This document shows positions 61,761-64,000 of a stretch of DNA of 64,000 nt, piece by piece; position 1 is the first letter of the stretch; each line of letters starts with the position of its first letter. Location of the stretch: the NCBI GenBank assembly GCA_035221665.1, contig CM069147.1, positions 25,420,001-25,484,000 on the forward strand, in the 5' to 3' direction. The DNA comes from Okamejei kenojei (taxonomy: Eukaryota). The translations under genes and the position numbers were made by a program. A model generated the notes under the pieces. The model was not told the DNA's origin, did not search any database, and saw nothing but the letters and a program-made list of their open reading frames with translations.

Positions 61761-63254
61761 TGAAGAGACCACCATATACTTACCATTCTTTGATTTTGTT
61801 CTAATGTTATCCCTAAATTGGATGGAACTCCATGGTTGAACCGTTTTCCTTTGGTCCAGACAGGAGAAAACAATTGCAACGTGCATGTTTTTCATTAAAT
61901 TTTTCAATAACCTATCCATTCTCATGTCATGGAGTAAAATCCAGGACCTTAATCTCAATTAACGATTCCCGCAATCTCCACCGTAATGAAGAATTCTGTT
62001 ATGTTTTGTTCGATCTTCTCTAGCGTAAAACTGTTTATTAACCTGTTCTCATTACATAGTCATGGAAATAGGCAATTCTGATCAGATTCCCCATGTCAAG
62101 ATGCCACTAATCTAAACTAATTCCATTCGTCTGCCTATGGCCAATATCTCATTAAACTTTGCTAACCAAGCATATTCCAAATATATTTTAAATCTAGTGA
62201 TTGTACTTGCCTCAACAAGTCTCTCAACGTTGTCCATCAGGTTCCTTACAAATCTCTCACCTCTCACCTTCAACCTATGTCCTCTATCTCTTGATCTCCG
62301 CCCCTTGAAAACAAATAGTATCTGTGGACTTATCCTATCATTTCACCTCTTTGATGTTATGCATTCTGTAAGATGACACCTCAGGCCCCTGCAATGCAAG
62401 GAGTAAAGCCCTAGCCTGTACGACCCCTCTCTCTACCTGAGGCGCTTGACTCCTAGCAACATTTTCGGAAATTTTCTCTACACTCTTTCTAGCTTAATGA
62501 CAGGATAAACAAAATCGAACACAATCGAACTCAAAATGCAGCCTCGCCAACATACAATTATACATAATTATACTTAAGTTATACATAACATCTGCTGGGC
62601 AATGGAATTAATAAAGAAACGTGGCAGACAACAAGAAATTAATGCAAAATACAATTCTAAAAAACAAGCTCATAGTTGTGCCATCGTGTTTTATTGTTGT
62701 GGTAGAATTAGGATTGAGCAGTCTACTTCAAGAACCTTTTGGTTGTTGGAAACTGGCTATTCCTGAACCTGGCGGCGTGGGGTTTTAGGCCTCTGCGCTT
62801 CCTGCAGGATAGTAGAGGCGTGAGACGGCATGTCCCTTATGGTTGGGTGCCTGGACGAAAGATGCCACCATCTTGAGGAATTGCCTAATGTTGATGATTT
62901 AAAATTGTGAGGATAGTGGTGATGGTTAAGTGCAGAGAACAGGTTGATGACCAGTATGGAGAAGATTGGCCAAATAGCCTATTTCTTTCCCGAAAATTCA
63001 ATTACTCTCGACAAGAAGCAACCTAAATATAATTTTCACAGTGGTAAATGGCTCGAAGCTGAAACATCTTATAATTTCTTAGTCCCGAAATGCTGAATAA
63101 ATTTGAAGATAAAAGGAATTAAACAAGATGAAAACAAGCTGATCAGGGATAATTTACCAATAAATTATTCGAGAGCTGAGAGAGGATATTTATTTTCAAT
63201 TCAGTGTTACGGAATGCATTGTATTTATTTATGGATCCATGCATAAATAAATGC

Positions 63255-64000
63255 TTTATTTTAATTTAGTTTTTTGTCACGTGTACCGAGGTACAGTGAA
63301 AATCTTTTCTATCGTGGGCGATCCAATCAGCGAAAAGACTGTACATGATTACATTCAAGCCGCCCACAGTGTACAAATACAGGATAAAGGGAGTACAGTT
63401 TAGCAAAAGTCCAGTAAAGCACGATTAAAAATAGTCCGAAGGTCACCAATGAGGCAGATAGTAGCACAAGACTGCTCGGTAGTTGGTGATAGGATGGTCC
63501 AGTTGCTAATAACAGCTGGGAAGAAACTGTCACTGAATCTGGATTGTGCGTTTTCATACTTCTGTAATCCCCTTGCCTGATGGGAGTGAGGAGAAGAGGG
63601 GTGCCCGGGTTGAGACCCATCATTGATTATGCTGGTGGCTTTGCGAGGCAGCGTGAAATGTGGATGGTGTCAATGGCCGTTTGCGCGACGGTCTGGGCTG
63701 CTCCACAATTCTCTGCAATTTCTTGCGGTCTGGGATGGAGCTATTTCCAAACCAGCTGTGATACATCCCGATACGATGCTTTCTACGGTGCATCTGTTCA
63801 GTTTTCTTGAAGACTACAGGCAGGATAGATATACAAAGTATTTTTCTTAATATAGTGGATAATATTTTTAACTGAGGAGCATATGCTTCAGGTGTAATAG
63901 AGTGGGATAATTATGTACGCACAATGTGGTGACTACCATGGACAACCTGGCAAGGAGTTGTGGCAGACATAAACACAGTCTTTAGCCTGCATTCCCACAA
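63255..64000. repeat. Paralogous copy of the gene A 3' flank (Rex1/Babar 3' end joined to an old CR1 remnant)
   Basis: Collinear with 3520-3758 plus 10141-10660, including the shared junction catctgttcagttttc. Confidence 0.8.

Noticed and set aside
61592-61958. Minus-strand ORFs with NGKYMVVSS suggesting a decayed C1 exon
   Set aside because: Much of it is the antisense of a CR1 RT remnant (MDVVYMD...); no coherent Ig cysteine pattern.
518-63850. Most 60-170 aa ORFs in the supplied track
   Set aside because: Antisense or off-frame translations of TE remnants, or chance ORFs without splice or domain support.

Overview
Eukaryotic genomic DNA, most likely from a cartilaginous fish (skate/ray-type repeats: HE1-like V-SINEs, HER1/CR1 LINEs, Penelope remnants). 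Most ORF-track hits are transposon debris (CR1, L1, Rex1/Babar, Penelope, two nested DIRS1 elements, hAT, Tc1). Among the repeats are two multi-exon, divergently transcribed paralogous immunoglobulin-superfamily receptor genes, assembled by hand from phase-consistent splice sites. Both have leader, germline-joined VJ-type V, C1-set and TM exons. Gene A (minus, 25772->10904, 7 exons, 341 aa) has a neutral TM and a SIRP-alpha-like tail with four tyrosine motifs (ITIM/ITSM), so it is predicted inhibitory. Gene B (plus, 49176->58518, last exon unresolved) has an NKp30-like TM arginine (GCIRAGL) and apparently a short tail, so it is predicted activating. A duplicated 3' flank at the window end predicts another gene-A-like copy just past 64 kb. 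Together this suggests a clustered family of paired, non-rearranging VJ-C1 receptors.
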